Under the pieces are notes generated by a model. It did no database searches. It was given only the letters and a program-made list of their open reading frames with translations, and was not told the DNA's origin. A DNA stretch of 64,000 nucleotides from Octopus vulgaris. Taxonomy: Eukaryota. The stretch's first letter is position 1, and each line of letters opens with the position of its first letter. The translations under genes were made by a program, and so were the position numbers. This document shows, piece by piece, positions 14,981-29,501 of this stretch. The stretch is from positions 77,934,001 through 77,998,000 of the forward strand of contig OX597816.1 in NCBI GenBank assembly GCA_951406725.2, written 5' to 3'.

Positions 14981-15469
14981 TAGTACAAATGTGTGTGTTT
15001 ATGCGCTTATGTATGTGTGTACTTATACGTGCAACGACGGAGATTGGTGATAAGTTCTCCCCATGCTGAGTCTGCCTTATGAATTCCAGTCACGCTTAAA
15101 CCATTTCCTCTCACTCGTTCCCGGTACTACCTAAATCCTAACGTAAGCAGTTCCTTATAGGTGAAATCGGTTCCAACAGAGTGATTGAAGTTGACATGTT
15201 TATTTCTTGGGTCGTATAATTGGACTATATTTTCCACCTTACTTCCTGAGATAAAAAATTCTTTCTTTGGTTTTCGCTACTTTTACATCTAAGATATTAT
15301 TTAACACTATTTGGCGAGTTTCTGTAATGCTTAGAAGATTTCATAATTTTTTTATAGTTGGCTAACAACAGATGTGTCATCCACTAACGTCACTCTATCA
15401 TGGCCAGGTTATATAATGTACATGTAAAACGTTTAATAATATTTATATAAAGCTATTAATTTATTATTT

Positions 15470-15729
15470 ATTCATATTATTACTCAACATGAAAAAACGT
15501 GTGACTGGGAACCAGTATCGCAGTGATAATGACGTCATATCTACTGATAATGACATTTTTTTTTACCAACAGGATAAAAGTTTCTTCCCCTATGGAATCC
15601 AATCACTGGAACACTCACGGAAGAAGTGTATGAACCACAGGGGAGACAATGTTGAAAACTAAACCTTATTTAGTCACATTGCATAAGAGTATCTTGGTCA
15701 GCCCATGAACTTTTCAGCTGAGCCTCGTA
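15470..15729 (+). mobile_element. Mariner transposase C-terminus and right TIR remnant
   Basis: GIQSLEHSRKKCMNH(R/K)ETMLK resembles the mariner C-terminal GI..L..RW.KCV...GDYVEK; ends CCCATGAACTTTTCAGCTGAGCCTCG-TA. Confidence 0.65.
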
Positions 15730-16139
15730 ATTACTTTGTCATCAGACATTGAGTCATTTATTCTGGTTCTATCTAAACACAGCAATTGAAGTGAACACAG
15801 AATAAAACTAAAGAAGCGGTCACTATTTTTCTCGTCTGGCTGTTGCTCACTACAGCAAATTTTGTCCCCACGTGTTGGATGCTTACAAATACTTAGAATC
15901 ATTCACTACGTTGTATCCAACCACGGCTAGTTCTATCAAATTGTAAACAAGATACGGACTCTTGACTCCACAGTTCTCGACTCCACAGCTCGTTCTCCAA
16001 TAAACTGTCGGTTTTTGTTGTGCAGTCCAAACATGTGCAGGTGTTTTTATGTGTTAATATAGGAACTTGCACGAAATTTGTGTGATAAAGCTGATAAATT
16101 TAAATGTATATTTGTGTGTGCTCGTGAGTATTACTGTAT

Positions 16140-16320
16140 TTTACTTATTTCAGTCATTTGACAGTGGCCATGCTGGAGCACCGCCTTTAGTCGAGCAAAT
16201 CGACCCGTGGAGTTATTCTTTGTAAACCTAGTACTTATTCTATCTGTCGAACCGCTAAGTTACGGGGACGTAAATACACCACCATCGGTTGTCAAGCGAT
16301 GTTGGGGGGACAAACACAAA
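16140..16320 (-). mobile_element. SINE family B, 3' half
   Basis: Reverse complement of the 14780-14980 / 46655-46860 segment (CAGTCATTTGAC..GGCCATGCTGGAGCACCGCC...GGGGGACAAACAC). Confidence 0.75.
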
Positions 16321-16949
16321 CATACATATATACATGCACGCACGCGCACACAACACACACACATACACACATACGCACACACACACACACACACACACAC
16401 TCACATACTAGGTTACTTCGAACCTTTTTATAGCAAAATTACACATTCTTTTTAAAAAAAACAAACAAAGCATGGCATCGAATGCCCAGAGAGTGCAGTT
16501 AGCTTGTTCCAACAGCCAACGTCTTACTAATTTCCTTCTTCTACCTGTTAGCAATAATAGTAATGTCAACAACTACAGCAACAATGACAACGATGCAACA
16601 ACGAAAATAACACAAAATGAAAAGATATGCGATAACAACACTACCACTACCATCACTGCCACCACTAGTGCCGACCAAAAACAACAACAGTGAGCATGAA
16701 AAAGAGCGAGAAGAAAAGCGAAATTGTTGATTCATCGAACTTAAAAATTCCATCACCACTACCATCACCACCGCCACCACTGCCACCACCATTAACTGCA
16801 ACACAAATAAAACCCAAGAGACCACATCTAGCAAATTCAAAGTTACTGGATTCGTAAACGTTGTGTGGTAAGAGAAAGTAATGAGATTAACTTCTCAAGA
16901 ATCGAAAAATGTTAAAAACCTTCTTACGAATGCATTTGATAAGGAACCG

Positions 16950-18810
16950 ACCTGAAAACTGTAACGAATAAAAGGATAGAAACAAAGGGCCAGCAATCAG
17001 AACAAGTTATACAGTAGCAAAGAGAAAAATGTACCATGCCGATCAAGGATACCAAAACGAATATCGCAAGGGTGAGAGATACGGAACGGTAGAGGTGAGA
17101 TTCCTGACAGAAGATGAAACCAAGAAGCACTCAGCAACAACACTAAAGAGTGACGAACTGATCCTCCTACCAATCTGCCCTAAGATAGTAAGGCTAGTAA
17201 TTGTAGATGTTCTCCCAGAAGGAAACATCATCTGGTTGGTTGAAGCGATTCTCTTTGACAAAGAGGCTGCAGAAACAAAGTTAGTCGGGCAAAAAAATTA
17301 AGCCATTGATCCAAAGAAATCAAGGATGTATGGAATCCATTCCGAATCTAATCAATTAGCTAAGCGGTATTAAACCGTACGTGGCCATTGAGAGCAGAAA
17401 GCCAAGGTGTAATTATTTTACTGAGACAAACAATCTCTGTCCAGAGCAAACAAGAAAGGGTCTGGATCTCACAATACGGACCATCTTAGTGGATAATGAA
17501 AGTAAGTTAGTGGTTCTGGGCATGAAAAGTGAAGGGAGCGACTTCAAACAAGTAGCTATTTTTGCTCCATCAAACACATAGATAGCTACTTGGATGCATG
17601 TCTGAATTGTGTTGTGCTAGCTACTGGGGGTATAAAACCCACGCAAGTCTGCTCAGATATTTCCAACTGACTGGTGCCGACTGGAGCTTCTGAATGCAGA
17701 GATGTGGACATAGACAATCCTTGTCAGGTCATTCAGATCGTATCTAGATAGAGAATTATGTTGGTCAGTGAATAAGGATAACAAAAGTTGTCAATTTAAA
17801 TTCATCAGCTGTACGCTCCGCCTAGATAGTTTTCGTAGGTAAGGATCTTACTACTGGAAGCTCAACGAGTCGCTAACCACATTAGTGAATTATTTAAACA
17901 GGCGTTGATGTTGGCAATTGTCAACAAATGCTGATTCACTCTGGGAACGGTCGATTAGCATAGAATCGATGAAATTTAGAAAGGTCATAACGATAGACGA
18001 AAATACAGGGAGGCTTAGAAACTTAGAAAAGACGCTTAAAAAGTCATCACAACCAATACGCTGGCAGCAAGATTTGCTCTCGACTGATTCTTCAACAGAA
18101 AGCACAAATGCAGTTTGATCAGAGGTAGGGTGCATGCTCTGAGACACGAGGAGGCGAAAGCTGATGACGGGCCTGAATGACCAAAATGTAACCACAAAAC
18201 AAAACTACACTTCTGTTTTTTTGGCAGACCCTAATCAAAAGTATACGGCTTTTCGGTAGCAATTCGCTCAACAGTCCGGGATGAATGGCAAATCGGAACT
18301 GAAGGTTGATTTTAGTGCCTACCTCGATTACTGCTGTGGCTTTCGGAAAACGTGTTGCAAAAATTCCATATCAATCACAGAAATAAAGAAAGTGACGATT
18401 GGCTGTATGGTGTGCAATCGCTTGTATTGGATGGTTCTTCCAACGAGCATTACTTTATATGCCAAGCTTGTTTGGAAACCACTTGGGAAATATCTACCAC
18501 AACTGTTAGCAGTTGTCCTGTGAGTGAAGAAGCGGTAGTGCTGCTGAGAAACGATAAAACAAGGGCAATCTCGTTGACAATTTTTGTCCCTTAACTCTGT
18601 TAAATGCAGATTTCAAACTTTTGACCAAAGAGTTAGTAATGAGGTTGGTGTTTGTTGTCAACGGCTTAATTGGTGACGAGCAAACATTCACTATTCTAAA
18701 CAGATCTATTTCCGACAGTCTCCACCTCATGCAATACAACATATAAAGGGTGGTTAAGAACATGTCATGAGGGGGGGCTCTGATCAAGTTAGGTCAATCG
18801 AAAGCTGACG
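16950..18810 (+). mobile_element. Decayed L1/Tx1-clade LINE (ORF1, APE endonuclease, RT fragments)
   Basis: ORF1-like YGTVEVRF..LILLP; APE-like KLVVLGMK...VAIFAPSN and YWKLNESL; RT PLTLLNADFKLLTK..RL..V..LIGDEQT..I.NRSISDSLHLM. Confidence 0.75.
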
Positions 18811-19178
18811 ATTGTTCTCACAGCAGCAAGAAAATATTCCTTAACAAGTTTCTTTGGCTGTTACTGTTGATTGTGGGATATTGGAGGTGCATCAAACAAG
18901 TATAAACACCTATGTATATTACTCAATCAACCTTCAATTTGCTAGTACAGAATATATCTGCATAGACATGGGGATAGCTTGAAAATTAACTAGTTTGTAA
19001 TAACACATCAACACATGAATGCCCACAATATGTATATATTGTCTGACTAGCAAGGTGAAGCGGCTGACCTCCTCTGTTCGAAGGTTGTAATGGACGCAGG
19101 TCGTGTGTCATATAGCTAGCTAGAGGCGGATGACCTCTTGGAACTAATCGCCATATTAGTATGGCGATAACTATTAAT

Positions 19179-19261
<83 letters not shown>

Positions 19262-19899
19262 TGTATGTATGTATATGGTATATAATTATTGTATCTATAT
19301 ACATTGTATCTATCTACCTATCTATCTATCTATCTGTCTGCCTGTCTGTCTATCTATCTATCACGTCTACAACCAAGGGGCGTGGTTTGTGAGAGGCTAA
19401 AGCAAATATTTTCACTGACCCTTGGCGACAGACCAGAATCTTAATTCCATGCCTATTTTAAGTAGTCGACGACCACGATTCCTCATTCAGCTGTGTTGCT
19501 CTTTAAAGGCCATGCATGTTCCACACCATTGATAACATAATCAAGGCGTGGCTTAAAAGAGGGAAAAAGCAATATATACATATATGCGTGAGAGTATATA
19601 AAAGCATGTATATATAGGTACATATATGTGTATATGTGTACAAAATGGTATATGGATAGAAAGGCAGATAGATAGTAAACAATGAAAAACAGAGAGAAAG
19701 AGAGAGAGTGGGAGATAAATAGGTGCGTGTGCAGATTATGAACTAAAAATGCTAATAACAAAGTAATTTCCCAGTGCGTTAATGATTCTCTGAAGAACCA
19801 TATGTCTATAAACATATGTGCGTGTATATGTGTATGTATGTTTGCATGTGTTTGTGGGTGAGTGGGTGTTTGTGTGTGTGAGTATATTACATTTATGTA

Positions 19900-19969
19900 T
19901 AGATATATATATGTATATATGTATGTATGCATATATATATATAATATATATATAAATTTATGTATATAT

Positions 19970-20006
<37 letters not shown>

Positions 20007-20118
20007 TGAGAAAGTTGGTGTATATATGTATATATGTATAAGTATGTATGTATATGTTTATGCATGTATGTATGTATATATGTATGTGTGTATATATATA
20101 TATATATATTTATACATA

Positions 20119-20184
<66 letters not shown>

Positions 20185-20189
20185 TACAC

Positions 20190-20274
<85 letters not shown>

Positions 20275-20280
20275 TATATG
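19900..20280. repeat. Long compound (TA)n/(TATG)n microsatellite; representative of dozens of (TA)n, (CA)n, (GATA)n, (TATG)n, (AAT)n and (GAA)n tracts in the window
   Basis: Directly visible; these tracts produce the YI/CV/LSIY/poly-L/N/I ORFs in the ORF track. Confidence 0.95.
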
Positions 20281-20385
20281 GGCAGTCACTGACATTTCAT
20301 ATCTAGCAGCTTCCGCTCCAGCATATCAAAGTTTATTTGCCGGGTTCTGTCGATACCATCTCAATTCATAAAATCTACAGCCGAC
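20240..20385 (+). promoter_or_regulatory. Putative core promoter / 5'UTR of the peptide gene
   Basis: A (TA)n tract ends at about 20280, followed by Inr-like GCAGTC (20282-20287) and unique sequence up to the ATG. Position-based inference only. Confidence 0.3.
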
Positions 20386-20388
20386 ATG
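20386..20388 (+). CDS. Exon 1 coding part (ATG only) of a secreted cysteine-rich amidated peptide precursor gene
   Basis: CCGAC-ATG|GTAAGT: the start codon is followed directly by a consensus donor (GT at 20389). It is preceded by about 100 nt of unique sequence (20281-20385) that could be 5'UTR. A phase-0 join to 29233 gives MVKNTLPFLGFLLLQGVMVDS, a signal-peptide-like N-terminus. The exon linkage is inferred. Confidence 0.72.
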
Positions 20389-20746
20389 GTAAGTAAGAAG
20401 CGATGTTTGACTCTCTTTATTCTTTTTGTGACCACTCACCACCCCTTACGCCTCTATCTGATCGATTATTTCCTTCTTTTTCTTCTTTCACCCTCTCTCA
20501 GTATTCTTTACCTATGTACCTGTTTGTATATTCATCAATATATTCTTTATATGTATATTTGTCTATACATAACTTTGTTTTTTACGCGTATATGTTTGTG
20601 TTAATGTGATAAGACATGTCTCTCTTATACATACACAAGATAGATAAACACATAAATAAGGATATGTATATATGTATATATATATGTATGTAATGTACAT
20701 ATATATATATATATATATTATACATATATGTATATATATATATTAT

Positions 20747-20822
<76 letters not shown>

Positions 20823-20927
20823 GTCTATCTTTATGAATATATGGAATTTTTTAAATATATCTATATATATTAATATATATGTGTCAAGAAATCTAGAAAA
20901 AAGCTAAATAATAACATAATTGTACAC

Positions 20928-21002
<75 letters not shown>

Positions 21003-21099
21003 GCGTGTGTGTAATCACCATATGCTTTAAGCTTATATAATTATCATAATTGTTATTTACAGGATTGTAAATCACACCACCGTATAACAAAACCATCCG

Positions 21100-21135
<36 letters not shown>

Positions 21136-21253
21136 TATATATATATATATATATATGTGTGTGTATTATATATATCTGAGACCCCCTTCGGTCACGACAC
21201 TGATCATGGGATTGCATCTATGAACCTAGAAAGTTACCCTTCCAGGCAAGGTT

Positions 21254-21303
<50 letters not shown>

Positions 21304-21457
21304 TATATTATATATTATATATATATAATATATATATATGATATATATATATATAAATAAAAATTAGGAATAATATTCCCTCAAATAATTATTATTATTA
21401 TATGATATATATATATATATGTGTATATATATGATTTATATATATATATATATATAT

Positions 21458-21670
21458 GATTAATCAAAGGTCATACTAAGTATGTCTACCTGCTGGAGAT
21501 AACGGTCAAAATTCTTATTTAAATCGCTAAAATACACTGATCATAACTACAGAAATCAACCAAAGGCAGATCATGCTATTTTTTTCTTTAAATAGTCATA
21601 CCAGATAATAACAAAATCAATAATATCTTAGTAAATTAAGTTTTCGGGAAATTTTTTTTCGTGAACTCTC
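21458..21670 (+). repeat. Unclassified ~215-bp interspersed repeat in (TA)n (further copies 25449-25670 +, 25905-26125 -)
   Basis: GATTAATCAAAGGTCATACTAAGTATGTCTACCTGCT..CACTGATCATAACTACAGAAATCAACCAAAG is shared by three loci. Confidence 0.8.
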
Positions 21671-21672
21671 CC

Positions 21673-21774
<102 letters not shown>

Positions 21775-21829
21775 TGTATGTATGTATGTATGTATGTATA
21801 TATTATATATGTATAAAAATTATATATAA

Positions 21830-21950
21830 AAATACAAAATGGGACAAGAACGCAAAACACTCAAAGAGACGACACAAAAAACGGACGGGTTATTCGAAGC
21901 CTCTAATCTTCAGTCAAGAACCGGATCATCCTCGCAATTTCGGCTGAGAC
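21830..21950 (-). repeat. Unclassified interspersed repeat (also 44685-44960 +)
   Basis: TCAGCCGAAATTGCGAGGAT.ATC.GGTTCTTGACTGAAGAT..CTTCGAAT.ACCCG is shared between both loci. Confidence 0.7.
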
Positions 21951-21989
21951 TGATTTCAAATTTTGACAGGTCAGCAATTATATATGCTC

Positions 21990-22117
21990 ACCTGCTACTT
22001 ATTTTATCGAAAGGATTAAAGGCAAAGTCAACCTGGGGTGGAATTTGAACACAGAAAATGCCGACGGATGATATGTTGCTTAACACATTGCCCAGTGTGC
22101 TAACGACTCTGCCAGCA
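21990..22117 (-). mobile_element. SINE family A, partial
   Basis: Reverse complement of the head, B box and core. Confidence 0.7.
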
Positions 22118-22484
22118 ATATTTGTATGCTTGTTAACGTTATTTGCATGAAAACAATTGAAACCAGGAGCGCTCAATACTTTTTTAAAGAGTGCATTATT
22201 AATTTTTACAAGGACTGACTTTAATAGACTAACGGCTAGTATACCAAAACGAAGTTATAGTCGACCTTTTCCTTGTAACAATTAACATGCATATAAACGC
22301 GGTCGCGCGCACACTCACACATACAATCACGTGCACACAACCATACACTAGAAGAGAAAGAGGGAAAACTTTGCACATAATACGAATATGTATGTATTAT
22401 ATATATGTAACGTATACCACAGGGATACATAGATATACACACATTCACACAAATATATGCATATGTGTGTGTGTATAAACGTAC

Positions 22485-22577
<93 letters not shown>

Positions 22578-22809
22578 AAATTCAAGGTAGAGAATGCTAA
22601 AATAATTTTATAAAAAACATTTTAGTACCTGTTTCGGTCATTGAGACTGTAAGTATGGAAAACAATTAAATTTTAGAAAAACTAAAAGAAAAGTTTTTAA
22701 AAGAATATTTGCATAGTGTTCAAATACAAAGGGCATTTTCTTTGTTTCTGCCTGTCTCTGTCTCTCTCGTTTACTCTTGTGGGTTCGAGGTCGTTGTGAA
22801 TTCTTGGTA

Positions 22810-22881
<72 letters not shown>

Positions 22882-22949
22882 AAGAAGAAGAAGAAGAAGA
22901 AGAAGAAGAAGAAGAAGAAGAAGAAGAAGAAGAAGAAGAAGAAGAATGC

Positions 22950-23532
22950 GGGAGTGCCATGATAGTAGTGTGTTAAATGGTCAAGTGCCCTGAAAGTTAC
23001 CCGTTGTAGATGGTAGTAGTGATTGAATTCTTGAGACATCTCTTTTGAATGTTTTGTTTGTAAAATTTGCGTAGGTGTTATTCAAAACAGTAATAGTGGT
23101 AAAGTTAGGAAGGAGGTGGCGGAGAGGAAGAAGACGGTGATGGTTACGATTTTTAGACAGATGTGAATCAGTGTTTGAGTGTTGTTTTGATTTTCTTATT
23201 TTCAGGAAAGGGTTGTTGGAAGCGTGTTCTGTTTGAAAGATGGTTTCATAGTTTGAGAACCAAGAGGCGCTTTTCTCCTAGCGTTGGAGAGATTTCAGTT
23301 TTTCTTTATCCCAATCCTCTTTCCATAGTTTGGAAATCTTCTCTTGATTTTGCTAATTTCTTGGTTGATCTCTTCATCTTTTACTTTATCTTCATTCGTT
23401 TGGGCCCTCAATTTTAGAAGCTCTATTTCCATTTTCACTTTTTCCAGTACCATTCTTTCCCTGAGGCGTCTTTGATTTTCAGGTTCATCTGTAATGGCTT
23501 TGATCTGGAATTTACGCGGGAGAATTAACGGT
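22950..23532 (-). mobile_element. Decayed coding fragment, probably a retroelement ORF (charged, coiled-coil-like)
   Basis: Minus frame [51 protein letters not shown]..., broken by frameshifts and bounded by microsatellites; family not assignable by eye. Confidence 0.45.
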
Positions 23533-23537
23533 GTCCC

Positions 23538-23608
<71 letters not shown>

Positions 23609-23634
23609 TAGATAGATACAGATATATATGTATT

Positions 23635-23669
<35 letters not shown>

Positions 23670-23706
23670 GTATATATATATATATGTATATATATATATG
23701 TATATG

Positions 23707-23812
<106 letters not shown>

Positions 23813-24129
23813 ATGCATACACACACATATGCACATGTTTGTGGGTATGCGTGCGTGTCTGTATGCGCGCGCGTCACTTGCTCGAAATGTGCATACATTT
23901 GTCAGTTTTTCAATGGCCGTATTGTATCTCGTTCATAATTTTGTTTGTTTCTATGCTATTCTCTTGCGAGCTTTGCAACAATCCCATTAATCGTAATTGC
24001 ATCAGCATGTACAAATGTATGTATATGCATGCAGAACATTTTATTTAAGTGTGGATATACGTACGCGTGTGTGTGTATACATACATACATACATACATAC
24101 ATACATACATACATACATACATACATGCA

Positions 24130-24238
<109 letters not shown>

Positions 24239-24258
24239 TATATATATATATATAGATT

Positions 24259-24356
<98 letters not shown>

Positions 24357-24357
<1 letters not shown>

Positions 24358-24900
24358 TTGAGTTTCCGGAAAGTTCGTGCCGATTTATAGTAGCTTACCT
24401 TTCGACTTATTTTAGAACATGTTTGAGTCCATAAAAATGAATTTGACTACACCTCCATTTAGAGTTTAAGCTATCTTTTCGAGGAAGAAGCTTTATGTTC
24501 CTATAGCCTGTGTTAATTCGGTAACCCTTTAAAATGGAAGATAAGAAAGTCCATTTTCGGCACTTGATGCTTTGGGGACCAGACAAAAATTGCTGCAGCT
24601 AGGCTGGGATGTGTTACCCCACCCTCCATATTCACTAGATATTGCTCCTTCGGATTTCCACTTATTCAGGTCTCTGTAGAATAGTCTTAATGGTAAAAAT
24701 TTCAATTCCTTGGATGACGTAAAAAGATGAATTCTTTGACATACAATCACCTCACTTCTGGGAAGAGGGCATTTTCAAGTTAAAGGAAAGATGCAGACTC
24801 ATTGTATAACAAAATGGTTATTTGGTTGATTAAAAATGTAATAGAATGTATTTATTGACCTTTTTTTTCTTTAAAAATCAGCACGAACTTTCCGGACAAC

Positions 24901-24905
<5 letters not shown>
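24357..24905 (+). mobile_element. Internally deleted mariner (non-autonomous), both TIRs present
   Basis: TIRs ATTG(A/G)GTT..CCGGAAAGTTCGTGC / GCACGAACTTTCCGGACAACCCAAT; encodes MEDKKVHFRHLML fused to KLLQLGWDVLP.PPYSLDIAPSDFHLF. Confidence 0.9.
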
Positions 24906-24979
<74 letters not shown>

Positions 24980-25142
24980 TTTATTTAAAAGCAGCAGAAA
25001 TTCAACAAAACCTGTTACTCGGAGTATGTATGTTTGTATGTATGTGGGCTAAAAAGTCACGTTCGATCACAGCACCAGTAACAGTTAAGCTTCGTGCAAT
25101 GGCCATACTCGATAACAAGGGGGCAGCCATAATTGTATTTAC

Positions 25143-26270
<1,128 letters not shown>

Positions 26271-26370
26271 TTCTCTTGGATAACATCGGTGGTGTGGAGA
26301 GGCTAGGATGCCTCAAAGGGTAATTTTTCAGATGCAATCCCATTGTCATTCATGAGCGAAGGGGGTCTTT

Positions 26371-26427
<57 letters not shown>

Positions 26428-26504
26428 GAGAGAGAGAGAGAGTGTGTGTGAGGGTTATTTGTGGGCAGTTTTGGTATACAATAAACAACTATATTTCAGC
26501 ATAA

Positions 26505-26677
26505 ATAAATATGTACATTATTTTCATTATTTACATTTGACGGATATTTGTCCTCATCTTGTTTGTTGTTAATGCAACATTTCAGTTGATATTCCCTCCA
26601 GCCTTCATCAGGTGTCTTGGAGAAATTTCTTATTCCTAAGGCATTTTTCGATGTTGCTATTATTATTATTATTATTA

Positions 26678-26737
<60 letters not shown>

Positions 26738-26815
26738 CGGTCACTGCCTGGAATCGAACTCGGAATTTTGGGGTTAGTAACCCGCGCTCTTAACCACTAC
26801 GCCACATGCCCGTGG
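26505..26815 (-). mobile_element. Composite SINE-like element: tRNA-like head + (AAT)n + hammerhead-bearing tail (family HH1)
   Basis: Minus strand: GGCATGTGGCGTAGTGGTTAAGAGCGCGGG..GAGTTCGATTCCAGG (A and B boxes), then (AAT)n, then GACACCTGATGAAGGCTGG..CAACTGAAATGTTGCATT. Confidence 0.7.
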
Positions 26816-26859
26816 AAAAATGCCTTAGGAATGAGAACTCGGGTTCAGAATTTCCCCAA

Positions 26860-26905
26860 GACACCTGATGAAAGCTGGGGGGTATATCAGCCGAAACTTT
26901 GTGTT
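26860..26905 (+). ncRNA. Minimal type-I hammerhead ribozyme motif (HH1), degenerate cleavage site
   Basis: GACAC-CTGATGA-A-AGCTG..CAGCC-GAAA-CTTT-GTGTT, within a plus-strand copy (26816-27070) of the HH1 tail. Confidence 0.6.
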
Positions 26906-27079
26906 TACAACAAACAAGAAGACTACAAATATCCGTCAAATGTAAATAACGTACATAATTCTTCATATCTTAAATATAAAACTGAAAGAAATATGAAAAT
27001 ATCCGTCAAATGTAAATAATGTAAATAACGTACATCATTCCTCATATCTTAAATATGAAACTGAAAGAAATATGTATTT

Positions 27080-28263
27080 GAATAAACATTTGTGCAATTA
27101 ATCATCATAATGATTTTTTAAGCAAATTATTCTATGAAACCACCTTCGTCTTTGATGAATGCCTCAATGCGGAACCGAAACTGCTGGCATGTTGACACTA
27201 TATGGTCCTTATTCATATCGGACATCTCTAGGACAATAGCGGCCTTCAGTGAAGTTATGATATTATGAGGATAACAATTAGTCTCCCTTTCAACAGCGCT
27301 CTACATGTAGTAGTCCATGGGGTTCAAATCTGGCGAGTTTGGAGATCATATATTGAGTGTTACATAATCGTAAAGATTGTCTGAGAACCATTCTTGGGTG
27401 ACTAGGGCTTTGTGAGCAGGTGCTGAGCCTTGTTGAAATACGTATGGCCTTCCATTGCATACTTCATTAATACATGGCTTGATAATGGTTTCCTGTACCT
27501 CAATGTATCCAGCAGTATTAATTCTAAGACCCTGTGGAAAAAGTTTGGAGGCATCACATAATCTTTGTTACTCACCACTCCTAAAACCATCACAGTTGCT
27601 GGAAATTTTGTGTGCATCACTCTGGGTACTTCAGTGGGATCTGCACATAACCACTCGTCATTTCTACAGTTAGACTTTTGATCCTAGTCAAAGTATTTTC
27701 GTCAGAGAAAAATCAAAGTATGCCTTGTTCATGAGGGTTTTTCACATTGTTAAGTAACGGTTTTGAACGGATGAGACGGTTTTCCTGTGTCTTGGCAGAT
27801 ACGAATGGGGCTTTCCTCATTACATAGGACTTGTATCAATGCCACGATGTACCACAGTTCTGATAATCCACTCTGACATCCGAAGTTCTTTAGCAATGGA
27901 CCTCATATATCTTCTGGGATTTTCATTGATAATGTTTGAACATGTATAAATCCCAGTGTTCTTTTAGTGTCTGAACGTTGTGGGTGTTTTTTTTTTCTCT
28001 TTGATACAGGTGAAACATTACCGTTACATGCCTTCAATTCCAGCCAAACTTTGTGTACAAATGATATTGCAACATTTAGAAAGTTGCTAATTTCTAAATC
28101 ACTATGGTTTGCATGTATAGCAACTATGACTGCATGTCTTTACATTTCTTGAGTTAGCATGATATCTTGAAATTATTATCTGAAGAAAAAATGATACATC
28201 AAATAATTTGAAGGTACAATGAACTAAAAACGAAATGTCCTCAAATACCCCTCTCACCCTGTA
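27080..28263 (-). mobile_element. Tc1/mariner superfamily transposon, maT/DD37D-like, decayed
   Basis: FSDE..F..DQKSNCRNDEWLCADPTEVPRVMHTKFPATVMVLGVVS; QQGSAPAHKA..TQEW; PNSPDLNPMDYY; terminal CACCCTG-TA. Confidence 0.85.
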
Positions 28264-28597
28264 TATATATATGTAAGTTTCGGCCAGCTAAGCCGTGGTC
28301 CGATTGCGATGCCTTGAAGTTAATTTTAGCTTCATATAATCTGTTCGGTTAAAAACCTTCCGTCAGTGTATGGGCTTGAGTGGAATTGTAATTAATTTGA
28401 AGTATGGCTTGTGATAGAAAAGTGTTTGGGAGAAATTTTCATTGATTAAATTTGGGCTGTGTTATAGTTTAGAATTTATTCATGTATGTAAAATGTGTAC
28501 GTTTAGGTGTTATCCCTTTAGGTCATGGGATTGTTTTAAATGGTTTGCAAAAAGGATGTGGGTAAGTGTAGGATGTGTTAGTAGTTTTACTTTTTTT

Positions 28598-28638
<41 letters not shown>

Positions 28639-29232
28639 ATACATACTGACTTTATCCCATACCTCTAGGGACGATAAAATAAATACTAGAATTATTGGAG
28701 TAAATATAATCGCCCAGGCATGCCCTTATTAAAAGTATCTGTGTCCTTATTTCCATGTTAGAAATCATTATTATTTTATTAGCATTCTCTTAGGTGTCAA
28801 ATTAATCAGAGCGTTCGGACAGAATGTGTGTCTCTGTTTTCAAATATCGCAAAAGTCGTCTTTTACCTTTAATCTTTTTTAATATTTTTTTCGGAATCGA
28901 TAACAAAAGTAACAATCCAGTTCTGTGGCTTGGAGAATCAGTAAGAAGGTCTGGCCGGATGGTTTGCAACTATTTTCGCTCTGAGTTTAAATCATAGTCT
29001 ACTTGTGTAGTAGACTTAATGTGTCACCGCCATCCTCATGTGATTGACCTACATTCTCAATCCAAATTTTGCTTGGTATTTCCTCTCATCTTTCCACAGT
29101 CCATAATATAACATATCCCAGATAGATTTTATCCAGTAACAAACTCGACTAAGCCACCACTCCATCGAAAACAATTTTGAAATTATACCAGCGCTGGATA
29201 TTATTATTGTTTTTTGACTTCGTTATTTTCAG

Positions 29233-29426
29233 GTAAAGAATACATTACCATTTCTTGGCTTCCTTCTATTACAAGGAGTCATGGTAGACTCTTCGGCAGA
29301 TGCTGGTTGTGTTGCAGCAAAATTTTGCCTTATCAGCTTCTTCAGGTGTGCCAGGGACTCTGAAATGAACTGCTGTATAATTTACAGGTCCTGTATGAAG
29401 GACGAATGCGGTGTCGAAAATTTATC
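29233..29426 (+). CDS. Exon 2 of cysteine-rich peptide precursor (signal peptide + 7 of 8 Cys)
   Basis: Acceptor CGTTATTTTCAG|G and donor TC|GTAAGT. The 194-nt open frame reads VKNTLPFLGFLLLQGVMVDSSADAGCVAAKFCLISFFRCARDSEMNCCIIYRSCMKDECGVENL(S): a hydrophobic signal core followed by a Cys-rich domain. Confidence 0.88.
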
Positions 29427-29501
29427 GTAAGTAACCATGCACATTTAGTTACAGAGTAAAATTTTTATATATACCAAATCAGATTTAATTTGATTATTTT
29501 T

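Noticed and set aside
15714-15902. Minus ORF with a CC motif (GDKICCSEQ) as a possible paralogue of the peptide gene
   Set aside because: No signal peptide, Cys spacing does not match, no convincing splice sites, and it overlaps a mariner end.
26740-26812. tRNA gene-like sequence on the minus strand
   Set aside because: It has A and B boxes but a poor acceptor stem and runs directly into (AAT)n and a repeat tail; interpreted as a SINE head, not a tRNA gene.
29425-29430. In-frame stop (TCG TAA) if intron 2 is retained
   Set aside because: This follows automatically from a phase-2 GTAAGT donor and would leave 7 Cys; not evidence of a regulated isoform.
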